From positions 27,757,951 to 27,821,950 of the forward strand of contig CM119263.1 of the NCBI GenBank assembly GCA_051294375.1: 64,000 nt of DNA. Direction: 5' to 3'. Numbering within the stretch: the stretch's first letter is position 1; each line of letters starts with the position of its first letter. The DNA is from Paraspadella gotoi. Taxonomy: Eukaryota; Animalia; Chaetognatha. Below are positions 1 to 12,882 of this stretch, piece after piece. Made by a program: the position numbers and the translations under genes. The notes under the pieces were generated by a model, which worked only from the letters and a program-made list of their open reading frames with translations, searched no databases and was not told where the DNA came from.

Positions 1-2291
1 AATTTGAAAGAAAAATAGAAAAAAAAGAAGAGAAAAAAAGAAAATAAAAAAATAAAAGAAACCAAGAAAAGAAAGAAAAAGAAAGAAAAGAAAAGTAATA
101 AAGCGGTAAAAAAAGTTAGGATTAGGAGAAAAAAAGCAAAAGAATAAGGAAATTAAAAAGCAGTCGGAATAAAAGAAATTTTTAAAAATGAAAAAATACT
201 AAAAAAATTAAGAAAAAAAATATGATCAACTCGAAAAGCAAAAAAAATATAAGATTTAAAAAAAAAGAAGGCAATAAAATTGGATATATACACAGAGAAA
301 GAGAAAGAGAGAGAGAGAGAGAGAGATTCTTTGGTAAGCGGCCGAGACGCGGCGACGTCGTCCAGAGGGTAAGTCATAAAACGCCCACCGCGAAAGGGAG
401 AAAGAGAGAGAAATCCATTCCCCCCCCTCTCTCTCTCTCTCTCTCTCGCGTCATGGATCCAATCGACTTTTGACTTTATTTTTTATGTTCTCCTACTTTG
501 TCGGTTCCTCCCATTTCTCTCCTCTTCGTTCCTCGAATGACCCGTTAATAGCATCCGTCTCTTCCTTCCGCCATTTTTTTTATCCCTTTTTCCTCCAATT
601 GCTGAATCAGTTGTTACCCCTTTTTTGATTTCGTTCCATTGTACACTATATATACAGTATACAATATTGTCTGTAATATTTTAATATATCCAATTAATTA
701 ATTAGTTTCCGTTCAAATTTTGTCTCTCTTAATTCTGTCAAGTACAAAGTTTAATAATTTACAGATTCAGAAGAACAGTAGAATAAACAAAGGAAGAGAG
801 ACGAGAGGGAAGGACGAGATTTTAGTTCACGTTCATTTCTAAGATTCTTTTGAATTAACATAGTTTTTTATTTTCCCCGTACTTTTTTGCAGTTAACATC
901 AGCTCGTCAATTCAACAATTATTTTCAGGTAACTTCACAAAAATATAATAGTCAATTATGCACTAAACCTAGCTCTCTAAATGACATCTTTGAGGGTCAA
1001 AGGTCACGTTACCGACAATATATAGTATATAACAAATATATACAGTAATTGTACCGTCTGCAACATCCCCTCCATGCGTCTGTTCATATTTGGATCCCAT
1101 TCGTTTGGTTCGTCAGTCAGTCTAACCGTTAACTCCAGACGGACCGATCTCGCCTTCTGTCCATCCACGCCCTTTCGATTCGCTTGTCCAGCTCGCTCGG
1201 CTGGTCCGTCGCTTGTCCGTCTGTCTATCCTTCCGTGCGTTCGCCCATCCCTTAGCCGCGTACGTCCGTCCGACCGTCAGTTCGTCTATGTTTCGTACGT
1301 CCATTGACAATGGGGAGACGTTCAAATTTAAAAAAAGAATGACAATCATGCAACTTGTTAGTTAAATGTTTGCAAAGCAATTGACAACTGATCAGTTATG
1401 AAAGTTGCAAATTTACTTGTTTCACTATCTTTATTTTTTTTTTACATTTAAAAAAAACTAGTATTATTTATGATTTTATTTATTTGTTAAAATATTTTTG
1501 CGTTAAATATTTAAATATAATACTATTTATCTGTTTGGGATGGGGACGTTAGTGTTGTCTTCTGGAAATAGAGGGTACATCTACGCAACACAAGGTTAGA
1601 TTACTTTCTGTTCCAGTTTCGTAATAGATATTGTACATCATTCCTGTTGGTAAATCATTAATGAGAAACTCATAATATCTAAATAGCCGAACAAAAAGGG
1701 GAGGAATGGATAATTTTTGGGGGATTAAGGTTATATTGTATGATTATTTTTATCATAAGGATAAGACTACATAGTAGAATTGTATGTTCTGATAGGGATA
1801 CATACTGGGGAAGTTTTATAAGGGCACCTTTATATTTATTTACCTTTATATTTTGAATGTAATTTTAAAGTAAATGTAAACTATATTTTTAGTTTTTTTA
1901 TGTTTTTTAATTTTATTATTTTTTTTTAATAAATATTTTATATTGTTTTAAAGTAAGTTGGAACCTATACCGTCCATGGATTTCGGGTCTATAATCTCAA
2001 TATCCAGTTATAGGCGAGCCCTCTCCGAATGGTGAGCCTTTAGCTATATGCATATGTATATGCTTACATGCTATATTTTGAATGTTATATGAGTAATATT
2101 TTGACGTGATAACCTGAATTTGAACGTCACCGTTCTGACACTTAAATTTTGTCTCGTTTAAGTGAAGTCGCTACTGCTACGCTTCCAGTGAAACCCAATG
2201 AACGAACCCAAAACTCGTTTGGAAACGAGACAACTTCTGTTCTCTATGAGTGAACGAGTTAAAATGAATGGAAGAGAATGGATAGAGGGTG

Positions 2292-2343
<52 letters not shown>

Positions 2344-3565
2344 GAGGAGAAGAACACAAACACCGCGAGAGTAAGTTGTACGCCTCACGATTTTTGGTTT
2401 CGCATGTAGAATGAGAATGAGGAGGAGGGAATGAGTAAGAAGGCGTAGGTGGAAAATCTTTGGCTCTGATAGAGACAGAGTGAATGGGCGGAAGGAGCGA
2501 AAAGCGATGAACGAGGGAGAATGAACGGAGGGCGGGAAGAGGAAGTGGAGCAGGAGGAGGAGGAGGAGGAGGAGGACTTAAAATGGATCGGGGACGAGGG
2601 GAAGAAAGAAACCAGAGAAGGTTCTGGGGGAAATGAGGAACTTAGAAGAAAGAAAAGAAAGACGGACATTCGGAGCGTCGGACGTTAAGATGTATGGACG
2701 GTCCATGGATTGTCCAACGGACGGTCGTATGGGAAAAACGGACTGGCGCATCGCAATCATTGTCAATGGACGTACGAAACATAGACGAACTGACGTCGGA
2801 CGGACGTACGCGGCTAAGGGATGGGCGAACGCACGGAAGGATAGACAGACGGACAAGCGACGGACCAGCCGAGCGAGCTGACAGCGATCAAGGAGCGACG
2901 GACAGAAGAGAGCGCGGGACGTCGTCGGAAGACGGTTAGACTGACTGACGAACAAAAATGGGATCCAAATATGAGAGACGTCATACGTATATTTTTACTA
3001 TATTGGGTAACGTGACTTTGACCCTCAAAGATGTCATTTAGAGAGTGGTTTATGCATAATTGACTATTTATATTTTGAAGTTACCTGAAAATAATGGTTG
3101 ATTGACGAGTTGATTTACTGCAAAAAATTACGGGGAAAATAAAAACTATGTTAATTCTAAAGAATCTAGAAATGAAGTGAACTAAAATCTCGGCCTCCCT
3201 CTCGTCTCTCTTCCTTTGTTTATTCTAACTGTTCTTCTGAGTCTGATAAATTATTAAACTTTGACTTGACAGAATTAAGAGAGACAAAATTTGAACGGAA
3301 ACTAATTAATTAATTGGATATATTAAAATATTACAGACAATATTGTATACTGTATATATATTGTACAATGGAACGAAATCAAAAAAGGGTAACAACTGAT
3401 TCAGCAATTGGAGGAAAAAGGGATAAAAAAAAATGGGCGGAGGAAGAGACGGTGCTATTAACGCGGGTCATTCGAGAACGAAGAGGAGAGAAATGGGAGG
3501 AACCGACAAAGTAGGAGAACATAAAAAAAATAAGTCAAAAGTCGATTGGATCATGACGCGAAGAC

Positions 3566-3600
<35 letters not shown>

Positions 3601-4042
3601 AGAGAGGGGAGGGAATGGATTTCTCTCTTCTTTCTCCCTTTCGCGGTGGGCGTTTTATGACTTAACCTCTGGACGACGTCGCCGCGTCTCGGCCCGCTTA
3701 CCAAAGAATCTCTCCTCCTCTCTCTCTCTCATCTCTCTCATCTCTCTTTCTCTGTGTATATATCCAATTTAATTGCCTTCTTTTTTTTTAAAATCTTATA
3801 TTTTTTTTGCTTTTCGAGTTGATCATATTTTTTTCTTAATTTTTTTTTAGTATTATTTTATTTTTAAATTTCTTTTATTCCGACTGCTTTTTAAATTTCC
3901 TTATTCTTTTGCTTTTTTCTCCTAAATCCTAACTTTTTTTTACCGCTTTATGTACTTTTCTTTCTTCTTTTTCTTTCACCTGTTTTCTTGGTTCTTATCA
4001 ATTTCCTTATCCATCTTTTTTTTCCTATTTTTCTTTCAAATT
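1..4042. repeat. Large inverted repeat: arm 1-1312 vs arm 2758-4042, ~1.45 kb spacer
   Basis: aatttgaaagaaaaatag at 1 is the reverse complement of ctatttttctttcaaatt near 4025-4042; gtacgtccattgacaatg at ~1295-1312 pairs with cattgtcaatggacgtac at 2758. Arms differ mainly by single-base indels. Confidence 0.85.
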
Positions 4043-6929
4043 CCATTTCCTGCGACGTATCAATATTTTATTCAATAGCACGTATATATAATCATATATA
4101 TCATGAAGACAGCCACTATTTAACCAAGCACCACAACTGCGCAAGTGCTATCGCCCTCCATTTCGCCCGCCCAGAAGCTCAACTGCAGCGCTCCGGGGCA
4201 TCCAAGAGCTCACCTCTGGCGTTGGCATAAACGAAACGCGTGTTTCTCTTCCGTCGCGATGCATGCGCGCGATGCAAAGCTTGCGTGCGCAGGGGCTAAC
4301 ACCCGCGTGCGAAGAGCGAAAGCGCGCGAACCCTGGACGAACGTAAAAGCGCCGCGTGACTGGATAAAAAGGAGCATCTCTTCGTCGGGGGAACAAGAAC
4401 TTTTCCGAAACGCGTCTCNNNNNNNNNNNNNNNNNNNNNNNNNTTATATCCTTGATTGGGACGATTGTTTATAAACTTTTTTGACCATTTCGTATTCTTT
4501 ATCTAATAGTAAATCCCAATAAATGATTATTAATTATTTTTTTATTTATTTATTTATCTTTTTCTTTTTCTTTTCTTTTCTTCTCTTTTCTTTCTTTTCT
4601 TTCTTTCTTTGTCTTTCTTTCTTCTCGCTTTCTTCTCTTTCTTTCTTTCTTTCTTTCTTCTTTCGAATTTGCAACCGGTCCATTACTAACCCCGATGTAT
4701 TTTTTTATGATTGCAATCATAAACTAAGTCACATTTGATTTAGAAACACTACATATAGCAGCAGTATAATATATTGAGTAGTAGTATTTCCGTTGTATTT
4801 CTTCGCACCGAAATTCTCGGAAGGGTCGGACGCGTTCAGTCGACTCGACTTTGCCCGTCGGAGCGGATCGAGATCCATTTCCAGCGTGTGCGTCTAAAGG
4901 CATTTAAATCTCTGATATTTCAAAACTGGTTTTAATTTTATGTACATTATTAAACTTTTAAAATTAAACAACTCAAAAAGTTAATTCAATTCCTCGAACT
5001 CTTTGTATAATTAAACAAATCAGTTAGTATTAAAAGTAAAGATAGAAGATGGTGAAAGTAAGATACAACCTCTATCGTTAACTCTTCCCCTTCCCCCCCT
5101 CATCCAAATTCTAGCGTGCTCCAAAGACGTGGATTCTGGGTCGCCGTGTCTCACGCAGCTCGGTCGAACTCGGAAACGATCGACGCTCGGCCTCCGCGCT
5201 CTCAGATGCCGCCGTTCAACGCCGCCGTTCAGCGCCGTCTCCACAGTGCGCGAGGAGACCGCAGAGCTTGACCGACACTGTGTCGACGAGATCGCGCCCG
5301 ACCGCCCGGGCGCACTAGAGCCTGACGTCGTCGGAAGAATCAAAAAACGGCGCCGACAACCCAATTCTTCAAGATGAAGGTACTCCGGGTGTTTTTTTTT
5401 TTTTAGGCGTCTGGGGACGGAAAGATTGACGCCATGCTAATATTTCTCACGGCTGCGTGTGCCGTTATACCCCTCGTGACCTTGCCAGTGATACTCACTC
5501 TCTCCGTCTCTCTCTTATTTAATTGGTTTATGTTAGTAACTTTACCCGTGCATATTATCGAAAGCTCATCACGTTCATATTGTGTTTTCATATTCGATCT
5601 ACAGAATGTTTCCAAACACAGATAGACTAATTTCAGCTGTTGAACCAAATGTGAAGAATATTGATTGTGCGGATTCTAACTATTGTTTCACTGATTCGTT
5701 TACTACATAAAAAGATTACAAACGATAAGACTTATCAGTTGATGTTAATTTTACGATTTATGTTGAGGGTTAGTGCAATAAAATGTGATCTCGAATCGAT
5801 TTCTCATTTCGATTGACGTTTTTCTCATCGACAAATCGACAATGAATTCTGCATGTTTCCCTTTTGTTTTAGCTCTGCAAAACTTGGCGAGTCATGCTAG
5901 GGAATTGATCAGCAGATTTTTGACCAATTCAGGGAACTAGAAGGTTTTTAAATAATTTATTCTCCAAACAAAGCAGCTGCACCGGGAATCAAACGATGTT
6001 AGTTTTTTTGTCTCTTACCATTGAGAAAAACAATGCGTCCCCGGATGAATGGTTTTTGTAATTATTATAGAAGTTACTTATGTAAATTTTACCAAGAAAA
6101 CCTTTTTAATTACACCGAATTTTTATTACTTCAATAAAAAAACGTATGGAATCCCAGAGAAGATTGTGACTTTTTTGTTTGTTTATTTTCATAAAAAGAA
6201 TGTTCATAGTTCATATCATTTGCTCTTATAGTCATTGATTCAAGTCATTCGCCCACGAGTATATTTATTTTGCGAATTCTACTTCCCGAACCGTCTTTTG
6301 CAATTTTCTTCCGATTATAATTCAAAATAAGTTTTTGATAATTCTAAAAGACTTAAGTTAGTACCAAACATTATATCTTTTTTTTTCTCTTCAACCGACC
6401 ACGATATTGACGATCAGGATTTTGCACGCAACTCAACCCTGTTCCAGTGGACTCCGCTCCAACATTTTCTCTCGCTTCCATTCTCGTTCCTCTTTTCGCG
6501 TCAGTTGTTTCTTGCGCTCAGTTTCGAGAATTTTCTCCGAGCTTTTCCAGGTCCCTGGATTTTCGAACTGCGGAGTTATTTAAAGGTGAGCAGAACGAAC
6601 TACGAGATCAAACGCTTCTCCAACTCTCAACTCTACTGCGTATTACTCGGAAAAAAAAAAATTTTCTCGCCAAACCAAACCACATTTAAAGAGATATATA
6701 TATTAAATATTAAATTCAACCGATAATTCCTACATCGAAACGTCAGAAAACAAACAAGATCAATCTTTTCTCTCGAGTCTGCCAGTCTTTCAGTTTCTCT
6801 TCTAAGATGAAAATTTTACGAGATTAACGGACGGAAAATTTCTTTTTTTACAAAAATAAAAGAAGTTATTATCATTGAATTTGTCAAAATGAATTCTGTC
6901 TTAGACGCTTCGTCTGTCGGCGGCGGTGT

Positions 6930-7385
6930 CAGGTGGACAGTGGTGGTGTGTGATGACTGATTGTACCTTTTTTGGTGATTGTTTCCAGGCTGGGAAAGGT
7001 TGGGTTGATTGACTGACTTCTGCACCTTTTTTGGTGATTGTTTCCAGGCTGGACAGGAGTGGGCTTGATTGACTGATGCTGGACCTCTTTGGGGATTGTT
7101 TCCAGGTGGCTGGACAGGTGGGTCGATTGACTGATTGTTGACCTTTTTGTGCTGATTTTTCCAGGCTGGACAGGGTGTGGTGATTGACTGATTTGGCCTT
7201 TTTTCGGGGATTGTTTTCCAGGCTGGACAGGTGGGTTGATTTGCACTAATTCTGACCTTTTTGGTGATTGTTTCAGGCTGGGACAGTGTGGCGTAGGTCG
7301 GTTGACTGGATGGACTTTTTGTGATTGTTCCAGGTCTGGACAGTGTGTTGTGATTACTGGATTCTGACCTTTTTTGGTGCATGTT
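6930..7385. repeat. Minisatellite, ~60-bp unit, ~7 copies, just upstream of p62
   Basis: Repeated ggtgattgtttccaggctggacaggtgggttgattgactga..accttttt. Confidence 0.9.
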
Positions 7386-7536
7386 CCGCGATTTTTCAAA
7401 AAATCCTAATTATTGGTAATTTTAAGATTAAGTTCGTTACGGTTTTTTGTCTGATCTTTTTTGATAAACTCATGTTTACAATTTTTTTTTTCTAATCTCA
7501 CGCCCCCCCGATACTTCACAATTCACAATATCACAG

Positions 7537-8816
7537 ATGAGGTGAAAAGCCTTTCTCTACTCCGACGGGGCCGAGTTTTGGAGAGGCGGACTCGGAGGTA
7601 CGTCGCTTCCCGTCGACGAGTTCGGCCGCCACCAGGCTTCACTTACCTGAAGTGAGAGGTCAAGCAGTACTTTTCCGCAGTTGCAGCTGGCGGGATTTTC
7701 AACATTACTGGGAAGGGTGAGTTTACGTATCGGTCATCGAGGATTGTTTAAATGTATCGAATCGGACTTTAGTTAAAATGGATTAAACAATTAATCAATA
7801 ATACCGATGTAACCAAATTCCAGATTTTCTGACCGTGAGATTCGTCTTCGCTTCTTCTTCGGACGGGGTACGAACTCGTGGAAATCTGAGCTTGAATGAC
7901 GGCGGTCGGAGAAACCGGATCCGATGCAGGTGATTCAGTCAATCAATCACATAAGTTTAATCACTCAAGCGAAAAATCATTTCATTTTTCTTGTGCAATC
8001 TTTCAAAGCGTTTGCTGAATGTAGACAGGTCAAATCTATTCACAAAGATAGTCAATCAATCCAATAATGTAATTAATCAATCAATCTATTAACCTTCTAT
8101 CAATCTTCATACTTTAAGGATAATCCCACCTCAGACTGCTAGTGAGAATTTTCATCTTGGCGCCGCTATTCTCTCGACATCGGTCGCATATCCGCTCCGC
8201 CGTCAAGGCGTCCGCCAATCGGTTCCGCAAGGCGAGCCTCAGAATCCGCTGCAGGACGTCCTCTGTCAACTTTAGCGCCTGTCAGATCCTGACGCGCCGC
8301 GCACTCCGCCGCGCACTAACGCCGCCCACTCCGTCCGGTCATTTGCAGCCGTGAGCTCAGCCGCGCGCGGCTCTCCGCGTCCTCAAGCTCCAGTCGCCGC
8401 CCCGCCGACGTCCGGCGCCGGAAGCCCGTCCTCTCGGCGCCGGCGGGAGACACGGAACCGGAAACGAAGAGCGCAGACATATCGGCGTTCGGTTTTTTTG
8501 CGGACCGGATGCCGGGGAAGGGGGAACCCCATTTTAAATCGGTTTTTTAAGGGGATTTTGTTCGTCGTCGCTGTTGTTTGTGTTTTTGATGTAGCTTTAT
8601 CGGTAAAGGTCGTCATTGTCTTGTCTTGCTCTATCATTCGTAATTACATGGTCTTTTTTAGTAGTTTTATTGTTGATTTTCAAATTTATCGCCAGGCAAT
8701 CCGCTACAAGTGCATGGACTGCCCCGACTTACGACCTTTGTCGGCCTGCGTTCGGGTAAGAACGCTTCCACAGCGAGCACCCATTTGATGACGATCCAGC
8801 GCCCGGGAGAGGGACG
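7537..8816 (+). CDS. SQSTM1: Sequestosome-1/p62 (ref(2)P-like) autophagy receptor, 5' part (PB1 + ZZ zinc finger), about 4 exons, frameshifted as given
   Basis: Read through indels. Exon ~7537-7716 gives VKAFLYSDG..EVRRF.VDE....FTYLK..VKQYFPQL..F..YWK and ends at gtgagt. Exon ~7824-7929 gives a D.DGD...FSSD.ELVE-like OPCA motif. Exon ~8135-8541 starts ..RIFI and ends HIGV.CDGC..P.IG. Exon ~8696-8816 gives IRYKCMDCPDYDLC..C..K...H.EH..MTIQRPG and ends at gtgagt. A PB1 with both basic and OPCA motifs followed by ZZ is the p62 architecture. LIR/UBA not found. Confidence 0.8.
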
Positions 8817-9117
8817 GTGAGTCTGGAGGACTGAGAAGCAAAATCAAGAATTAAAGAATAAGTGAGGCGCCGCTACAATACCGCTCTTTCTTCAAACTTT
8901 ATCGAAAATTTGGTATCCCGTTTTGTTCAAAAGTCATTTTTAAAGATTCAGTGCTTATATTTTAAGAATAAAAATCAGTTATCTATGGAATCATTTCCGT
9001 TTTTTTTTTATCGTATTGATATTTAAATGACCAAATAAATTCCTTTATCAACAAACTCTCTTTCTCTATATTCTTTTTTGGCTTCCCCTATTTTCTCTTT
9101 TCCAAAGTTTTATTTCT

Positions 9118-9437
9118 GAGGAGGAGGGAATGAGTAAGAAGGCGTAGGTGGAAATCTTTGGCTCTGATAGAGACAGAGTGAATGGGCGAAGGAGCGAAAG
9201 CGATGAACGAGGGAGAATGAACGGAGGGCGGGAAGAGGAAGTGGAGGCAGGAGGAGGAGGAGGAGGAGGAGGAGGACTTAAAATGGATCGGGACGAGGGG
9301 AAGAAAGAAAACCAGAGAAGGTTCGGGAAATGAGGAACTTAGAAGAAAGAAAAGAAAGACGGACATTCGGAGCGTCGGACGTTAAGATGTATGGACGGTC
9401 CATGGATTGTCCAACGGACGGTCGTATGGGAAAACGG
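9118..9437 (+). repeat. Near-identical direct copy of 2418-2742
   Basis: gaggagggaatgagtaagaaggcgtagg...ggtcgtatgggaaaacgg occurs at both places with only small indels. Confidence 0.85.
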
Positions 9438-9721
9438 CACTTTGCGCATTCCGCATTCCTCGTTGGGTAAATGGTGAGACTACTACCAAACGACAAAGCC
9501 ATTATTCCTTCAATCCTTTGGTAAGTCGCTCCGATCAAATTTCATTTACGTGATTCCAACCGGTGACTTTTACCGAATCAATTTCACCGTCTCACTTTCA
9601 TTTCTAGATTTCCGAGAAAAGATTCGTGAAACCTCAGCCTCATTCACAAGGGAAGAGTCAAGACCGAACGTAGAACTCCCTCGAATCCAACCTTTTCGAC
9701 CTTTCGAGAGAGAGAGAGAAG

Positions 9722-9766
<45 letters not shown>

Positions 9767-10117
9767 GAGAGAGAGAGAGAGAGAGAGAAGAAGAGAGAGA
9801 GGAGACTTCCGCAGACCATCCCTTGTTTCAGGATTACGCTGGATTTTCGCGTCAACGTCACTAAGGTCGGTTACGGCCGTTCAAACTTCGTTCGTCTACC
9901 GTCGTCGTCGTCGTCGTTGTCGTCGTCAATGTCGAACGCGTTCTTGACGTCGTTGTTTTCTTTGTCGTCCTTGTCATCAAGGTTGGCTTTGTCCTCCATT
10001 TCGTCTTTGTCCTCATTGTCGTCTTTCTTACCACTATGAATATCAAATTACCGCTGAACAGTAGAAAATTGGGTACAAATTCGTTATAACGTCCCGTCAC
10101 TATTCCATTCCATTTTA

Positions 10118-10175
10118 CCGGTGGGGCTCGAACCCACGATCTTCCGGTTTGTCACTCGATGGCAACTGAGCTCAA
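10118..10175 (-). mobile_element. tRNA-derived SINE fragment
   Basis: Reverse complement contains the T-arm/B-box gtgggttcgagccccacc; no full cloverleaf. Confidence 0.5.
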
Positions 10176-10796
10176 TTTTCCATTACACGTCCGTTTTCTA
10201 TTGTCCAACGACGTTCAAGTCATGACTTACGAATTTATTTTCCTCTTTTCGTCGTCGTCGCGTCAGTCGTTTCTTTTTTTTAAGACTGAAGCCGAGAGTG
10301 TGTTTGACCCTTTCATCGTCATCAGAGTGGTCATCCTCATTGTCGTCGTCATCCTCATTGTCGTCGTCGTCGTCGTCGTCGTCGTCGTCCCGGACGTCAA
10401 TTTGCGACGTCGTCTTCTTTATCATTTTTCCTCCTGTTTCCGCCAGAGTCGTTTTTCAGTTTTGACGTTTTCTTTGAATATAAATCACGATGCCATTAGC
10501 TGCCACCGGATTTTTTTTTTTTTTTTTTTGCCCTGGTGTGCCGCCCGTTTAGAAAATGTCGTTCCAGATTTTGACTCAAGATTTGAATCATGTAGTAAGA
10601 CGCTTGACTCGTAAAAAGAAAGGGGGAGAAAGAACTTTTCAGAGAGAAGGATATTTTTTCTGACGAACTTTTGCTAGATCAAGATTACATACATTGCTAA
10701 CATTACATAATTAGCTTGCAGAGTTCTGGCATGTTATTATATTGTATTTGTAAGAGGGAAGGAGGCCGGAGCCCGCTGTATCGTGTGAAGTTTCAA

Positions 10797-10862
10797 GGGC
10801 AAGATAGCGTACGTATTTATTGAATGAATGGACAATTTTACATAGGTTGTACCAATTTTAAA
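10797..10862 (+). repeat. Dispersed repeat, three copies (10797-10862 +, ~22322-22378 -, ~35596-35655 +)
   Basis: Shared gggcaagatagc..tatt..aatgaat.ga.....(g/a)ttgt motif. Confidence 0.65.
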
Positions 10863-11791
10863 ACATATGTATAGTTTTAAAAGCAAATTTTAACTTTTGA
10901 ACCAAGGAGAAAATGTGTTACTTTGCATTATTTCTTCAGAAACGAATGCATAGACCTTTGAATAAAAATAAAAAAAGGCCCAAAACTTTAAAATTAAATG
11001 TTTCAACGAGTTTTAAAAATAAAATTTACGAGTGAACTGTCGCCATTGAACCGAAACTGAAACTGAAGCGGAAGAGAAAGTGAGTTATGGGCGAGCGACG
11101 GAGTCGGGGTGAGCAGTTCGGGGTGAGGTGAACCAAGATGTCAGGGTGAGGTTGCGCAGAAGTCGAGGTGGGATTTTTACTTGTTGGTCGTCGATTCTCG
11201 CTTAAAAGTTCTCGAATTTATGGTTTCGGTTTATGGGACAATGGTGGCATTATTTTTTGATGGGAGTGGCTGGCCTCGGAAGGGTTTATGATTTATTAGC
11301 GACGAAAAGAGGGCGAGGTATTTTGTGTTTAATTGAGAGTGAAAAGTAAGTTCGAGTGTGAAAAGTATGTTCTAGTCGGGTTGGAGACTTAATACGAATT
11401 AGAGATTAGTTCTTTTCGAATTGGTATCAATTTAAGTATTTTATTTATTTAACTTAACAAGAGGAAATAGTGAGTCTATTTTTTCGGAAGGTGAGTTTGG
11501 AAAGTTAAGTTGCGAAGCGTTGAAAACGCCCTACTTGAGTCGCAGCCGTTATATTCCTCACTTGCGAAAAACGAGGTTACGACAAAAACCACTTTCTCAT
11601 GATATAATACCGTCGTACATCTATGTATTAAAATAAGGAAACGACTTAGTTTATTGTTTGGAAGGACTTAACTGAATCGGTCTCATTTGATCTCATTCTT
11701 GTCCTTGCCTCTTTAGTTTCACTCCGTGACTACAAGTTGAATTAAAAAAAATAATTGTATCTTTTCCTTTCATTTCGTTGTTATATGAGAT

Positions 11792-11882
11792 TTGGTTACA
11801 AAGTATTAGAGTTTTTATTTGTATTAAAGAACGATTTTGACGTTGTTCAAAACAAATAAAAACTCTTTTACTTTGTAACCAA
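11792..11882. mobile_element. 91-bp hairpin / miniature inverted-repeat element
   Basis: ttggttacaaagtattagagtttttatttgt pairs with acaaataaaaactcttttactttgtaaccaa (~30-bp stem, 2 mismatches). Confidence 0.6.
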
Positions 11883-12281
11883 TAAAAAAAATTTTACTTT
11901 TAAACATTTATCCAAAAACATTAAAATTCACTTGATCTTTAAAAAAAAACAACAAAAAAAAAAACACAATATGTTGTAAAATTCTACGAATATCTAAAAA
12001 TTGAGACTCAATCTAAAATCCTTTAGCCTTTGCAAGGATCAAACAAAGGTTTGTTTGTGACAGGCGCTCGATTTGCCGACGACGTGATTTCAAGTCTTTT
12101 GTGGCCTAATCAGATTCGAGCAACGAGGGACGCCGGAGCACATCGGGTGACGGTAAAGGGAGCGCCGAAAAGGGCTAGACCACGAGTGACGCCGAGTGAT
12201 TCCGAGTGACGCCAGGCGATGACGGGTGACGTTGGTTGACGCCTTTTGACGCGGATAAAACAAGATGACGCCTAGTGCCAT

Positions 12282-12432
12282 TGGCACAAGACCCTCTGAC
12301 AGCAATCCATAGCTAACGATATTTATTGCACAATGAACCAACTAAAAAACAAAAGGGTCGATGAAGGATTGTGCCAAAAAAGAAATTAACTTGATAACTC
12401 GTTGTACTGTCAGCTTACAAGGGTCTTGGCCA
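12282..12432. mobile_element. Small MITE-like element
   Basis: ggcacaagaccct..ctgacag vs ctgtcag..agggtcttggcc terminal inverted repeats. Confidence 0.4.
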
Positions 12433-12603
12433 GTCGGACTCATGTGCCACAAGTTGTCATTTAATAACAACAAATGTCATTGAATCTTTTTACATTTTTC
12501 TTTATCCTATATTTAAATTTTTTATTATTTCATCTTATTTTTTTTTAATCAATCAATCAATCAGACCAGAGAACTAAGAAAATCTTTTTAAATTTTCCTT
12601 TCT

Positions 12604-12882
12604 TTTGTCACATTGAGGCGCGATTGTTCTCGTTTTCGAGCGTCACATCCAAGCATCACATTAAATTTGTCACTTCAAATTTGTCATGTTGAGGCGCTAT
12701 TGTTCTTGTTTTCGAGCGTCACTTCCAAGCATCACTTTAAATTTGTCAGTTCAAATTTGTCACGTTGAGGTAAGATTGTTCTCGTTTTCGAGCGTCACTT
12801 CCAAGCATCACTTCAAATTTGTCATGTTGAGGCGCTATTGTTCTCGTTTTCGAGCATATACACTTTAAAGAATCACTTCAAA
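12604..12882. repeat. Minisatellite, ~62-76-bp unit, ~4 copies
   Basis: Repeated tttgtcacgttgaggcgctattgttctcgttttcgagcgtcacttccaagcatcacttcaaa. Confidence 0.9.

Noticed and set aside
994-1006. DR1 nuclear-receptor site gggtcaaaggtca
   Set aside because: Single short motif inside a suspect duplicated arm, no linked promoter.
6816-7399. Long minus-strand ORFs (188 and 156 aa)
   Set aside because: Translations of the ~60-bp minisatellite; no domain or splice support.
10118-10175. Functional tRNA gene
   Set aside because: Only the T-arm/B-box is recognisable; no acceptor or anticodon stems.
9895-10425. Acidic Asp-rich protein on the minus strand (also 17300-17480)
   Set aside because: Degenerate (GAC/GAT)n tracts are common across the window; no splice or homology support.
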